Assembly: GCA_024226735.1 (NCBI GenBank)
Contig: JAAELL010000032.1
Location: 57,879-121,878 of the forward strand
Direction: 5' to 3'
Length of the DNA stretch: 64,000 nucleotides
Source of the DNA: a bacterium
GTDB taxonomy: Bacteria > Planctomycetota > UBA1135 > GCA-002686595
Positions 18,607-27,354 of the stretch are shown here, in pieces (position 1 is the first letter of the stretch; every line of letters begins with the position of its first letter). Both the position numbers and the translations under genes were made by a program. The notes under the pieces are model-generated. The model was not told the origin of the DNA. It did no database searches and saw only the letters and a list, made by a program, of their open reading frames with translations.

Positions 18607-19188
18607 TTAGAGGTCCGAACGAATCGCCTCGGGACTCTTGTCCGCGCACGATTCGCCGCGCACCGAGTGATACCCGAGGGCGATGAGCGTCAGCTCTCCC
18701 GTCTCCGAGTCGTAGACGCGGCACTCGTCGATCGCGCTGGCATACAGGTGCAGCGAGACGCCGGACTTGCCGGCAGCCGGGCGAACGAGATGCCGGGCGA
18801 TCGAGTCCTCGATGGAGGCGACGGCTCCCTTGCCGTGGGAGCGCACCTGTCCAACCTCCAGGCTGTCCGGGTCGGCCCCTTCGGGAAGGCGGTAGTGAAC
18901 CTCCTCGAACTCGCCGTCCAGCGCGGCCATCCAACAGGATTGGCCCATGTGATTGTGGATCGGACTGACCTGCCCCTCTTTCCGACACCACAGGAGCAGC
19001 TCGTAGTCCGCGCAGCGGAAGACGAGATTGCGCGTGTACCGCTCCAGGGAAAACGTCGTGAAGCGGCGCCAGTCGTCGCTCGTGCTTGCGTAGCGCTCCA
19101 GCATCGCCACGACACGGCGACCGCGGGGATCGCGCGCAAGCTCGGCTCGGAGCTCCGCGCAGAGGACGTCGAGGTCGGACTCGATCAC
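18607..19188 (-). CDS. Cysteine dioxygenase type I-like cupin
   Basis: CDO-like metal-binding motif SPIHNHMGQSCW (HxH) with a later His (GVSLHLY). It is 193 aa with a cupin fold. Confidence 0.65.
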   Translation of the reverse strand: MIESDLDVLCAELRAELARDPRGRRVVAMLERYASTSDDWRRFTTFSLERYTRNLVFRCADYELLLWCRKEGQVSPIHNHMGQSCWMAALDGEFEEVHYRLPEGADPDSLEVGQVRSHGKGAVASIEDSIARHLVRPAAGKSGVSLHLYASAIDECRVYDSETGELTLIALGYHSVRGESCADKSPEAIRSDL

Positions 19189-19212
19189 GGTGGTTCGTTT
19201 TGGGGCTGGGGG

Positions 19213-19602
19213 TCAGCCTCGGGGATCGAGCAGCTCGATCCCGCCGCGCGCCGTCGCGCAGAGCAGACTGGCGGGGTTGTCGGGCGCCACGGGGCGACCG
19301 GGGTCACCGAGCGCGACGGGCACATGCTCGGATCCGGGCGAATAACGAACGTAGTCCCCGGCGCGGTGCGTCCCGTCCGCGTCGACGTAGCCGCCGGCGA
19401 GCACGAGGACCTCCTCGATCCCGAGGTGGCGGTGGGGGCGGTAGCCACAGCCCGGATCCATGCGGATCAGAACCGTCGCCCCGGCACCGGCACCGGCCTC
19501 GTCTCGGGACGCGAGCATCCGCCACGCGACGCCAGGCGTCTCGGTCGCGAACCACTCGACGTTCGCTTCCGTCACCAGAACATTCAGTCCAGTATTCGTC
19601 AT
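19213..19602 (-). CDS. Cupin-domain protein (ChrR-like cupin 2)
   Basis: Cupin motifs (YRPHRHLGIEEVLVLAGGY...HRAGDYVRYSPGSEH). A start at the internal ATG 19602 is preferred. It lies immediately upstream of the CDO gene on the same strand. Confidence 0.55.
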   Translation of the reverse strand: MTNTGLNVLVTEANVEWFATETPGVAWRMLASRDEAGAGAGATVLIRMDPGCGYRPHRHLGIEEVLVLAGGYVDADGTHRAGDYVRYSPGSEHVPVALGDPGRPVAPDNPASLLCATARGGIELLDPRG

Positions 19603-19824
19603 CTTCGCGAGCTCCGCCGAGCACGGCCAAGCGGGCCATCGTACCCGCCCCAAATCAGTCTTTCCTCGTACACGCGTGCAGGACTCAGGTTCGTGCCAAA
19701 CGGCCGCTTCGTAACAGTTGGCGCGTCCGGCGATTACATTCTCGTAAGGGCAACCGATGACATCCCTTTGACGCTCAAAATCGGAGCTTTTCCCTACCCA
19801 CCGCCCTCCACCGGCCTATCATTG

Positions 19825-19972
19825 CGTGCGAACGGTCTTCGGACTGTTCGCGCATGTGAGTTCCACCGAGAGGTAACCACACTTTGCGAGCGGTGTGTTA
19901 CCCGGGAAGCTCGGTGGCAACTCCTCTCTCCCTCGGGCCGGTGGTGTTTCCCATCACCGGCCCCCTATTTTT
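19825..19972 (+). ncRNA. Candidate small RNA: structured region (8-bp + about 10-bp nested hairpin, 19863-19917) ending in an intrinsic terminator; no overlapping ORF
   Basis: Plus-strand stems CCACCGAG...CTCGGTGG and GGTAACCACAC...GTGTGTTACC, then the terminator hairpin and T-tract. A -10-like TATCAT lies at about 19813. No plus-strand CDS is present in 19654-19990. Known families (SRP, 6S, tmRNA, RNase P) were not recognised. Confidence 0.35.
19935..19972 (+). terminator. Rho-independent terminator: 9-bp GC stem GGGCCGGTG/CACCGGCCC, 11-nt loop, followed by CCTATTTTT
   Basis: Seen directly. The T-tract lies on the plus strand only. Confidence 0.6.
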
Positions 19973-20000
19973 GCCTGCCGTGACGGATGGCGAGGCCTCG

Positions 20001-20945
20001 TCAGCCGTTCAGCGCGGCGAGCAGCTCGCGCGCGACGCCATAACGGAGCCCACGTCCGGTGACGCGAGCCTCCTTCGCGTCGAGACGGTCTAGCGCCGCC
20101 GCGATGCAGGCGAGTCCGGCGGGGAGCAGCTCGGCGCGCTCGGGTTCGATCGGCAGCGCGCGCCGCTCGGAGAGCCCGAGCGTCACCAGATGATCCGCCC
20201 ACGCGCGCGCCGCGCCGACCGGGACCCGCGTCCCCTCCACCCGTGCGTGGTCGAACGCGCTCAGCCCGGCGCGCGAGGCCTCGAGGCACGCCAGGTTCGT
20301 CCCAGAGCCCCCGAGCAGCACGACATCCGCCGCCGCGCCGGCCCCCGCGGGAAACGCGACCGCGCGGTCCGTAATTTCGGCGCAAAGCGCGGGCCAGCCG
20401 CCGGGCTCGAGGGGTGGCTCGCCGCCGAATCCGAGGTAGCGCTCGGTCAGGATCAGCGCCCCTATCGGGGCCGAGACACGCTCGGCACCCTCGTCCCCCA
20501 CGACCTCGGTGCTGGCTCCGCCCGCGTCGATGATGACCGTATCGTGCCCCGGACTGGCGACCGCCAGATGGCCAAGGCGCGCCTCCTCCTCGCCGGAGAT
20601 CACCTCGATCGCGAGCCCCAGCTCGTCGCGGCAGCGCTCGACGAAGTCCGCGGCGTCGTGCGCCCGGCGCAGGACCGCGGTCCCGACGATACGCAGGCGC
20701 CCGCCCGCGCCGAACGCGCCTGCGCGGTCGCGGAAGCCCGCGAGGACGCCGAGGGTGCGCTCGATCGATTCCGGATCGAGGCGTCCGGTTCGCGCGAGCC
20801 CCTCCCCCAGCCGCGCGAATGCGAGCTCGTCGTGCAGCACCTCCAGCTCGCCCGCAGGCCGGCCGCGGCACACGAGCAGGAGCGCGGTGTGGGTCCCGAG
20901 GTCGACGGCGGCTACGGGGGCAGCGGACACGGCGGAAGCCTCCAT
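20001..20945 (-). CDS. ppx: Ppx/GppA-family phosphatase (exopolyphosphatase / guanosine pentaphosphate phosphohydrolase)
   Basis: N-terminal actin-like ATPase motif AAVDLGTHTALLLV, then GGASTE and LGGSGT motifs typical of Ppx/GppA. Confidence 0.75.
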   Translation of the reverse strand: MEASAVSAAPVAAVDLGTHTALLLVCRGRPAGELEVLHDELAFARLGEGLARTGRLDPESIERTLGVLAGFRDRAGAFGAGGRLRIVGTAVLRRAHDAADFVERCRDELGLAIEVISGEEEARLGHLAVASPGHDTVIIDAGGASTEVVGDEGAERVSAPIGALILTERYLGFGGEPPLEPGGWPALCAEITDRAVAFPAGAGAAADVVLLGGSGTNLACLEASRAGLSAFDHARVEGTRVPVGAARAWADHLVTLGLSERRALPIEPERAELLPAGLACIAAALDRLDAKEARVTGRGLRYGVARELLAALNG

Positions 20946-20952
20946 GCCGGCG

Positions 20953-23433
20953 CTAGCGCCGCCCCTTCGGCTTCTGCAGTACGATCCGCAGGCCTTCGAC
21001 GAGCTTGTCGATCGTCACGACACGGGTAACCTCGAGCTTGCCGCTGCGCGCCCGCAAGCGCCACTTGTAGCGGTGCACGCCCTTCGCGACGTGGCGCTTG
21101 CCGCGCGAGTAGACCAGGCGGACGCGCTTGGGGCCGCGCGGCGCTCCGCCCTTCTCGGACTGAAGGCGCTCGAGCCACACGTTCGAAGGGGGTGCGGGAC
21201 CCCCGTCGGGTAGGCGCAGGTTCACGCGCACCTCCGCCGTGCGGCGCATCTCGACGCGACCGAGGTCGACGCTCGCGCCGGGGGCGAGCACCACCACGTC
21301 GAAACCGAACGGCTCGAACCCGGGGGCGCTGACGAGCACGCGCGAGCGGCCCGCGACCATGCCCGTGATCTTGAAGCGGTTGCCGACGAGGCGCAGCGAG
21401 CCGCCGCGGATCTGGTCGAAGCGCAGACCGGGAACGGACTCGACCGTCCCCTCGATCACGATCTCGCCCGACACGTTCGCACGCGGCTGCACGGCGTGGC
21501 GCTCCATCGTGAGCGTGACGAACGTCCCCTGGGGCACGAACACGACGACCTCCGAACCGGCGGGGTGCAGCCAACCGGTCGCCCGTGCCGTCAGCGTCCA
21601 GCGACCGTCCGGCAGAATCAGCTTGAAGCGCCCGAACTCGTCGGCCCGGTTGCCGCGCTTCTCGACCTCGCCGCCGCCCTGGCTCCGGGTTGCGATGACC
21701 CGCGCACCCGGCACCGCGAAGCCGCGCTCGTCGAGAACGTAGCCTTCGAGGGGCGCGAACGGGTCCATCGTGACCTCGAGCGGCTCCCCGTCCGAAGCGA
21801 CCGTGACGCTCTTGCGCTTGCGGCGATAACCCTCGTGCTCGAACGTCAGGTGCACGGGGCCCGCGGGCAGCTCCGGAATGGAGAAGCGCCCCCCGGTGTC
21901 CGTGTGCACCTCGGGCAGAGCGGACCAGGCGCTCAGCAAGCGCGTACGCGGCGTCACGAGGACACCGGCGATAGCACGCCCATCGGCGTCGACGACGGTC
22001 CCCGCGAGGCTCGCGCGGGCCCGCATCGGGAGCACGCGCTCGGTGCTCGCCGTACCGGGGGGAAGCGACGCGTAGCGCGCCGCGGAAATGAGCTCGCCCT
22101 CCCCCGCGGGCGGGTAGGCGACGATCAGGAGCTTGGTCTTCGAGGGCACCGCGCCGAAGTCGACCCGCCCAGTCGCGTCGGCGACGCCCTCGCGCAGTGC
22201 CTCGGCGTAGCCGTTGGGGTCGTCGTTCGGCTCCTCCCCGCGTGGGTGGGGCCAGCTCAGTTGGCGCGCCTCGCGGTCCGTCCCCAACCAGACGCGCGCC
22301 CCCGAGACCCCCTCCGTCGCCGCTCCCGAACCCGCTCCCGAACCCGCTCCGGCCCCTGTTCCTGGTGGGCCCGCGACGACCCGCACGACCAAGTTCGCCG
22401 GCGGTTGGACCTTCACCCGCACCTCCGCCTCCCCGGCGACCGCCGACGCGTGCGTGATCGCGCCCCAGGGCGTGATCACGCGCAGCCGGACCGAACCGGT
22501 CGCGAGCCCCGTCAGGCGGAACCCGCCGTCGGGCCCGGACTGGGTGCGGCGCACGGCCAACCACGCGACGGGCCCGGAGGTCCCTTGGATGGCCGGCAGG
22601 ACGATGACCTCGGCGCCGGCGACAGGCGCGCGACTCCCGCCGAGCTCGACGCGCCCGAAGAGGTCGAGACCACTGTCGACCTCCAGGGTGAAGCGCGTGA
22701 CGGCCCCGGGCGTGACCTGCACGCCGGTCTCGTACGCCACCGGCAGATCGGCGGTGACGCAGCCGACCGCGTAGATCCCGGGCGGCACGTCCTCGAACGC
22801 GAAGCGTCCGCGCGCATCGGTGCGCACCTCCTGGTCGGGCTCGCCGCGGTAGCGGTCGCGGTCGTAGTTCCACAATAAGACGCTGGCCGTGCGCGGCCTG
22901 CGCGAGCCGGCCTGGACGACCAGGCCCTGGATCGAGCCGCTGCGCTCCATCCCGAGCTCCGCTGGGCGCGTCAGGTCGATGCGCGGCGCCCGCAGCTCCC
23001 TGTAGTCGGCGTGGTCGACCGCGAGCGCCGCCTCGATGCCCTCGTGCCAACCGAGGGCAAAGAGCCCGCCCGAATCGCTGCGGGTCGTGACCTCGAGCTC
23101 GCCCGCGACGAGCCGCACCGTCGCCCCCTCGACGGGCGCGTTCGTCAAGACGTCGAAGACTCGGCCGCGGTAGGTGGCCTCGCCACCAGCGGAGGCCTCG
23201 ACGCCGGCCGTGACCGGCGCCCGGCCGGTGGCGGCAGAATCCTCGGTGACCGCGAGCGGTGGCCCGTCGACCCGCGCGCCCCGTGACTCGACCGGCACGT
23301 CGCCCGGCGGCCCGGGGGCCGGCTGCAGGGCCCCGGTGGAAGGCGCCCCGCCGCCGTCGAGGAACAGCAGGAGCGCCACGAGCGCGACGAGGCACCCCGC
23401 GGCGAGGACGAGAAGGCGCGGCATGACTCCCAT
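20953..23433 (-). CDS. Large secreted protein made of tandem carboxypeptidase-regulatory-like (transthyretin-like) beta-sandwich domains
   Basis: The signal peptide MGVMPRLLVLAAGCLVALVALLLF begins at the internal ATG 23433. The upstream ORF part is Arg-rich junk. There are at least 8 repeats of the pattern G-V.D..G.P..GA.V.L. The stop is 7 nt from the ppx start. Confidence 0.7.
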   Translation of the reverse strand: MGVMPRLLVLAAGCLVALVALLLFLDGGGAPSTGALQPAPGPPGDVPVESRGARVDGPPLAVTEDSAATGRAPVTAGVEASAGGEATYRGRVFDVLTNAPVEGATVRLVAGELEVTTRSDSGGLFALGWHEGIEAALAVDHADYRELRAPRIDLTRPAELGMERSGSIQGLVVQAGSRRPRTASVLLWNYDRDRYRGEPDQEVRTDARGRFAFEDVPPGIYAVGCVTADLPVAYETGVQVTPGAVTRFTLEVDSGLDLFGRVELGGSRAPVAGAEVIVLPAIQGTSGPVAWLAVRRTQSGPDGGFRLTGLATGSVRLRVITPWGAITHASAVAGEAEVRVKVQPPANLVVRVVAGPPGTGAGAGSGAGSGAATEGVSGARVWLGTDREARQLSWPHPRGEEPNDDPNGYAEALREGVADATGRVDFGAVPSKTKLLIVAYPPAGEGELISAARYASLPPGTASTERVLPMRARASLAGTVVDADGRAIAGVLVTPRTRLLSAWSALPEVHTDTGGRFSIPELPAGPVHLTFEHEGYRRKRKSVTVASDGEPLEVTMDPFAPLEGYVLDERGFAVPGARVIATRSQGGGEVEKRGNRADEFGRFKLILPDGRWTLTARATGWLHPAGSEVVVFVPQGTFVTLTMERHAVQPRANVSGEIVIEGTVESVPGLRFDQIRGGSLRLVGNRFKITGMVAGRSRVLVSAPGFEPFGFDVVVLAPGASVDLGRVEMRRTAEVRVNLRLPDGGPAPPSNVWLERLQSEKGGAPRGPKRVRLVYSRGKRHVAKGVHRYKWRLRARSGKLEVTRVVTIDKLVEGLRIVLQKPKGRR

Positions 23434-23462
23434 TCTCTTCGCATCGACCGCCGCCGCAAGGA

Positions 23463-24326
23463 TCAGAGCTCGTGGAACGCCCCGTAGCAGCGCCCGGCGA
23501 GGGTGAACACCTGTACGCGATCGCCATCGCGATCGATCACGGCGACGCGCGTGTCGCCGTCGTGCCCGCCCTCGACGATGGCAATGTCGCTCGGGTGCGA
23601 GACCTCGCCGTCGGCCTCCCCACCACCGGCGAGCACGCGCAGCAGGCGACCGGCTGCATCGAGCAGGAGAACGGCGCTCGCCGCCGCGTCCGGATCGCCC
23701 GCGTCCCCTGCGACCGCGACCGCCAGGCGTCCGTCGGAGAGCGTCGCGACCGCGCACGGCGCCTGGTCCAAGCCGATCGCGTAGTGGAACTCACCGGCGC
23801 GGAACACCTGGATGCGGGACGCGCCCGCCTCGCAGGCGTACAGCCGGTCTCCGACGAGCGCGAGCCCCGACAGACCTCGGAAGCGTCCCTCCGGGTCGCC
23901 GAGGGGGCGCAGCGAGCGCACGCGGCCGGCGTGAGCGAGGAACTGCTGCACGGCGTGTCGGCGCACACCGGTCGAAGCGATCCAGAGCGTCAACTCCTCG
24001 TCCTCGCCGTCAGTGACGACGTCGACGGGAGCGCCGAGGCGCCCCGCGACGTCCTCGTGTTCCTCGGGGGTCCCACCGATCGAAACGACCTCTTGGCCGA
24101 AGAGCGTGAACGCCCGCACGCGTCCGGCCGGTGTGTCCGCGACCCAAATGCGGTGGTCGTCGTCGACGGCGATCCCCGCCGCCGCGGAACGTCCGGCCTC
24201 CTCGTCGCGGAACCGAAAGTCGGTCTCGAGCCGGTTGCCGTCGAGGTCGAACGCAGCCACTTCTGCCGTCTTCGCGTAGCGTCCGACGTACAGGACCCCG
24301 TTCTTGAAGCAGAGGCTGCCGTGCAT
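23463..24326 (-). CDS. Beta-propeller protein (NHL / SMP-30-like repeats), unknown function
   Basis: Repeated hydrophobic-Asp blades (IWVADTPAGRVRAF, RLYACEAGASRIQVF, RVAVIDRDGDRVQVF). The assignment to the NHL family is tentative. Confidence 0.5.
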   Translation of the reverse strand: MHGSLCFKNGVLYVGRYAKTAEVAAFDLDGNRLETDFRFRDEEAGRSAAAGIAVDDDHRIWVADTPAGRVRAFTLFGQEVVSIGGTPEEHEDVAGRLGAPVDVVTDGEDEELTLWIASTGVRRHAVQQFLAHAGRVRSLRPLGDPEGRFRGLSGLALVGDRLYACEAGASRIQVFRAGEFHYAIGLDQAPCAVATLSDGRLAVAVAGDAGDPDAAASAVLLLDAAGRLLRVLAGGGEADGEVSHPSDIAIVEGGHDGDTRVAVIDRDGDRVQVFTLAGRCYGAFHEL

Positions 24327-24332
24327 TCGCGC

Positions 24333-25592
24333 CTATTCGGCGGGCACGGTGGCCGGCCCGAGATACGGCGGGCCGACGGGAAAGACCTCGGTCTCGCCCG
24401 AGTAGAACTTCAGCCCGCGCAACACGATGTGGCCCGAGTCGGTCGGCGCGAGAACGATGCGCCAACGGTCCGAGCGCACGCGCTCGAAGAGGAGGCGCTG
24501 GTCCGCCACGAGGCCCGCTTGCTGCGCGACGACTCTCCACTCACGGCCGACGCGCGCCTCGAGCGTCGCGGTCCTCACGCGGTGCTTGTGTCCGCCGTAC
24601 TGCGAGTGGATGCCGAGCGCGGTCAGGTTGACCGCGGTCGGGAAGCGGATCTCGAGGCTCGCGTTCTCGTCGCGCAAATAGGCGCTGTGCCACATGCAGC
24701 GCGGATCGAACGGCGCGTACGGCGACGGCGTCGTGGAGTGAAGGGCATTGCGCGGGTGCGTTCTACGCGCGGAGCGCGTGCGCGTGCCGATGCGTACCTC
24801 GTGCGGCACCTCGCCCGGGATCCTCATCGGCTCGAGCCAGTGCACCTCGTTCGCGAGCCGGTAGCCTTGCAGAACGTCCCTGTGCGGATCGAAGGTGAGC
24901 GTCGGGAACACGCGCCGGTTCAGCGCCAGCGCCCGGAGGTCCTCGGGCAAGAGGCGCGCGGCGTCCGCGCTCTGCTGGAAGCCGCGCGTCAAGAGCCCCG
25001 CGTCGTAGGACATGATCGAGCGCGAGTCGTACTGGTCGTAGCCGTACTCATCGACGTGCACGAGCCCGAACGCATGGCCCAGCTCGTGCGTCAACGTCGT
25101 CTGGAAGTGTGGGCTCGTCGCGAGGTCGAACGACGACAGGAGAGCGGCGCCGCCGCCAGTGTTGACGCCGCCGTTGAACGGTCGTCCGATCGCGTGCGGA
25201 CAAGGCGTGTCCGAGGCGACGAGCACGACGAAGACGTACGGGCACGTGAAGCGATCGTAGCCCTGCGCCGTGAAGAGCTCGGACACGATCTGCGCGAGGC
25301 CGCCGTCGGGCTGAGCGCGATACGCATCGAGCTCACGCGCCCCACGCATCTCGACGGGAGTCCGCCCCGCGACTTCGAACGTCGCGCGACCTCCGGTCAG
25401 CTCGCGATAGCGCTCGCGGGCCCACGTGAGGTGGCGCGCGAAGTGCCGGACCTGCTCGGCGTCGGGAACGCGCTCGCCGAGCGGAGTGAACACGATCGGC
25501 AGGACGCGCACGCGGTCCGACGCCTGCGGCGAAGCGAGACCGACGACCGACAGGACAACGAGGATCAGTGCGCACGGAAGCAAACGCATCAA
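24333..25592 (-). CDS. Secreted metzincin-type zinc metalloprotease with C-terminal beta-rich domain
   Basis: Signal peptide MMRLLPCALILVVLSVVGLASP. The HExxHxxGxxH motif (HELGHAFGLVH) is followed by a Met-turn (SIMSY). Confidence 0.75.
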   Translation of the reverse strand: MMRLLPCALILVVLSVVGLASPQASDRVRVLPIVFTPLGERVPDAEQVRHFARHLTWARERYRELTGGRATFEVAGRTPVEMRGARELDAYRAQPDGGLAQIVSELFTAQGYDRFTCPYVFVVLVASDTPCPHAIGRPFNGGVNTGGGAALLSSFDLATSPHFQTTLTHELGHAFGLVHVDEYGYDQYDSRSIMSYDAGLLTRGFQQSADAARLLPEDLRALALNRRVFPTLTFDPHRDVLQGYRLANEVHWLEPMRIPGEVPHEVRIGTRTRSARRTHPRNALHSTTPSPYAPFDPRCMWHSAYLRDENASLEIRFPTAVNLTALGIHSQYGGHKHRVRTATLEARVGREWRVVAQQAGLVADQRLLFERVRSDRWRIVLAPTDSGHIVLRGLKFYSGETEVFPVGPPYLGPATVPAE

Positions 25593-25620
25593 GAACGAGT
25601 CTAGCCGTTCTGTGCGGGGA

Positions 25621-25635
25621 GGTTCGAGTCGAACC
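25621..25635. promoter_or_regulatory. 15-bp palindrome GGTTCGAGTCGAACC in the spacer upstream of the metzincin operon
   Basis: Seen directly. The T-arm-like look was checked and the tRNA interpretation was rejected. Confidence 0.25.
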
Positions 25636-25687
25636 CGGATGACGTTGGCCTTACGCCGCCCCTAGCAGAGGTATTGCTCGGTCCGAG

Positions 25688-26509
25688 TCACCGGCTCGCT
25701 ACGAGACGCACGAGCACGACCTCGGCCGGGGCCCGGTAGCGCAGCGGGACTCCGACGACGCCCAGCCCGCGACTCACGACCAGGGTCGTGGGGCCGAAAT
25801 CGACGCGTAGGCCCGGATGATGCGGGCCGAGTCGGCGCAGGACGGGCAGGTCGATCTGCCCGCCGTGCGTGTGGCCCGCGAGGACCAGCGGCCGTGCACC
25901 GGAGACGAGTCGTGCGGCGCCACCCGGGTTATGACAGAGCAGGATCTCCGGCACGTCGCCGGGAGCGGGCAGCTCGATCTCGCGCCCCTCCTCGAGGTCC
26001 TCCACGCCGGCGATCGCGATGCCCACGGGCAGCACGACGCGCTCGTTGCGCAGGAAGCGCACGCCGCGATCACCGAACGCCAGGGCGATGCGGCCCTCCT
26101 CGCGCCCGCGGTAATCGTGGTTGCCGAAGACGGCGAACGTGCCGTGGCGCGAGCGCAGGTCGGCAAACTCGTCGAGCACGGTCAGGGCGTCGCGCCAGTC
26201 GTGGGTGATGAAGTCACCGGTGAACGCGACCGCATCGACGCCCGCGGCGTTCACGGCCTCGACGACCGGACGCAGGTCGCCCCGTCCCAAAAACGGTCCG
26301 GCATGGATGTCGGAGAGGTGCGCAACGGTAAAGCCATCGAGCGCGTCCGGGAGACCTTCGACCACGATCTCCTCGCTCCGCACGACGATGCGGTCGAGCG
26401 AGCGGCGCCGGTACAGGCGGCGCCCCTGCAGCAACCGCGCGACCCACTCGCAGCAGCGAAAGACGAGGATGCGGCTGCGCCGGAACCTGCGCGGCTCGAG
26501 GCGGAGCAT
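25688..26509 (-). CDS. Calcineurin-like metallophosphoesterase
   Basis: Motifs AHLSDIHAG, GDFITHD, GNHD, and GHTHGGQ. Confidence 0.8.
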   Translation of the reverse strand: MLRLEPRRFRRSRILVFRCCEWVARLLQGRRLYRRRSLDRIVVRSEEIVVEGLPDALDGFTVAHLSDIHAGPFLGRGDLRPVVEAVNAAGVDAVAFTGDFITHDWRDALTVLDEFADLRSRHGTFAVFGNHDYRGREEGRIALAFGDRGVRFLRNERVVLPVGIAIAGVEDLEEGREIELPAPGDVPEILLCHNPGGAARLVSGARPLVLAGHTHGGQIDLPVLRRLGPHHPGLRVDFGPTTLVVSRGLGVVGVPLRYRAPAEVVLVRLVASR

Positions 26510-26517
26510 GCGGGATC

Positions 26518-27276
26518 TTACTCCGTGACGGTCAGCGGCCGTCCCGGAGCCACGTCACGGGCGCCGTCCGGCCCCAGGAAGCGCACCTGTCCGTCACGCG
26601 TCGCGACGGTCAGGACGCCGGCGCGCAGGCCGACCCGCGCGTCACCGGCCTCGAGCGTCACGATCCCCAGGGCCGTCGAGACGCGAGCGGCCCCGGAGAG
26701 CTCGAGCTCTCCGCTCGCCAGCCGCACACGCGGGGGCGTGAGCGACTCGATCAGGACCGCCGTGTCCGTGCCCAGCTCAGCCGCGATCGCACCGCTGAGG
26801 TGCGCGCTCCCCCCAGGTTCGGTGCGGCACCAAGCGCCCGGAAAAAGCGGTGCGCGCGCGCCTGCCTCGAGCGCCTCGATGCCGACGTGGACCTCCCCCG
26901 CCACCTGCAGGCAGTCCGCGCCCGCCGAGACCGTCTTGCGCACGACCTGCGTCACGAGCAGGAGCAGGAGCGCGGGATAGAGGACGAGCCGCAGCTGCCA
27001 GAAGGGGCTCTTGCCGCGCCCGTTCAGGCCCGCCGCGAGGCGCGCGAAGCGGTGCTTGCGCAGCGCGCGGTGAACAGTGCGGCGGTCGTTGTTGCGCGAG
27101 CGACCGATGCTCGCGGTGAGGTGCACGCTCGCCCGGTAGTGCTCCGTGCACTCCTCACACGCGGCGAGGTGGGCACGCAGCCGCAGGGTGGGGCGCTTGC
27201 CCAACTGGGCGCCGAGGTAGAGCGTCACGAGACGGGTCGCGTCGCGACAGGAGAGCGCCTCGATTCGGGACCGCAT
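26518..27276 (-). CDS. Zinc-finger (ZAS/zf-HC2) anti-sigma factor-like membrane protein with FecR-like C-terminal domain
   Basis: Motif RAHLAACEECTEHY (H-x3-C-x2-C), TM LRLVLYPALLLLLVTQVV, and a beta-rich C-terminus. Start at the internal ATG 27276. The upstream ORF part translates the 12-bp repeat as GWGDRWGDRWGE, hence it is non-coding. There is no adjacent sigma gene. Confidence 0.6.
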   Translation of the reverse strand: MRSRIEALSCRDATRLVTLYLGAQLGKRPTLRLRAHLAACEECTEHYRASVHLTASIGRSRNNDRRTVHRALRKHRFARLAAGLNGRGKSPFWQLRLVLYPALLLLLVTQVVRKTVSAGADCLQVAGEVHVGIEALEAGARAPLFPGAWCRTEPGGSAHLSGAIAAELGTDTAVLIESLTPPRVRLASGELELSGAARVSTALGIVTLEAGDARVGLRAGVLTVATRDGQVRFLGPDGARDVAPGRPLTVTE

Positions 27277-27323
27277 GAGGGGGGGATCGACAGGAAACCG
27301 GCGGGGCTTGAGCGGAGCCGCTT

Positions 27324-27354
27324 CACCCCATCTATCACCCCATCTATCACCCCA
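27324..27354. repeat. 12-bp direct tandem repeat x2.6 (minus-strand sense GGGGTGATAGAT) at the gltX stop
   Basis: It is read directly. On the coding strand it yields TGA TAG .. TGA TAG .. TGA, five in-frame stops, the first being the gltX stop. Confidence 0.7.

Noticed and set aside
19860-19972. SRP RNA / 6S RNA identity for the candidate sRNA
   Set aside because: The conserved 4.5S domain IV motif (GGAAGCAGCC-type) is lacking. A 6S-like central bubble with flanking long closing stems is also absent. It was left as an unclassified candidate.
20912-23527. 871-aa and 460-aa alternative-frame ORFs over the carboxypeptidase-regulatory-like gene
   Set aside because: They are out of frame or antisense to the repeat-domain protein, whose frame shows periodic domain repeats and a signal peptide. 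The alternatives are Arg/Gly-rich.
25621-25635. tRNA-like T-arm (GGTTCGAGTCGAACC)
   Set aside because: No acceptor, D or anticodon arms could be built around it. It is simply a 15-bp palindrome.
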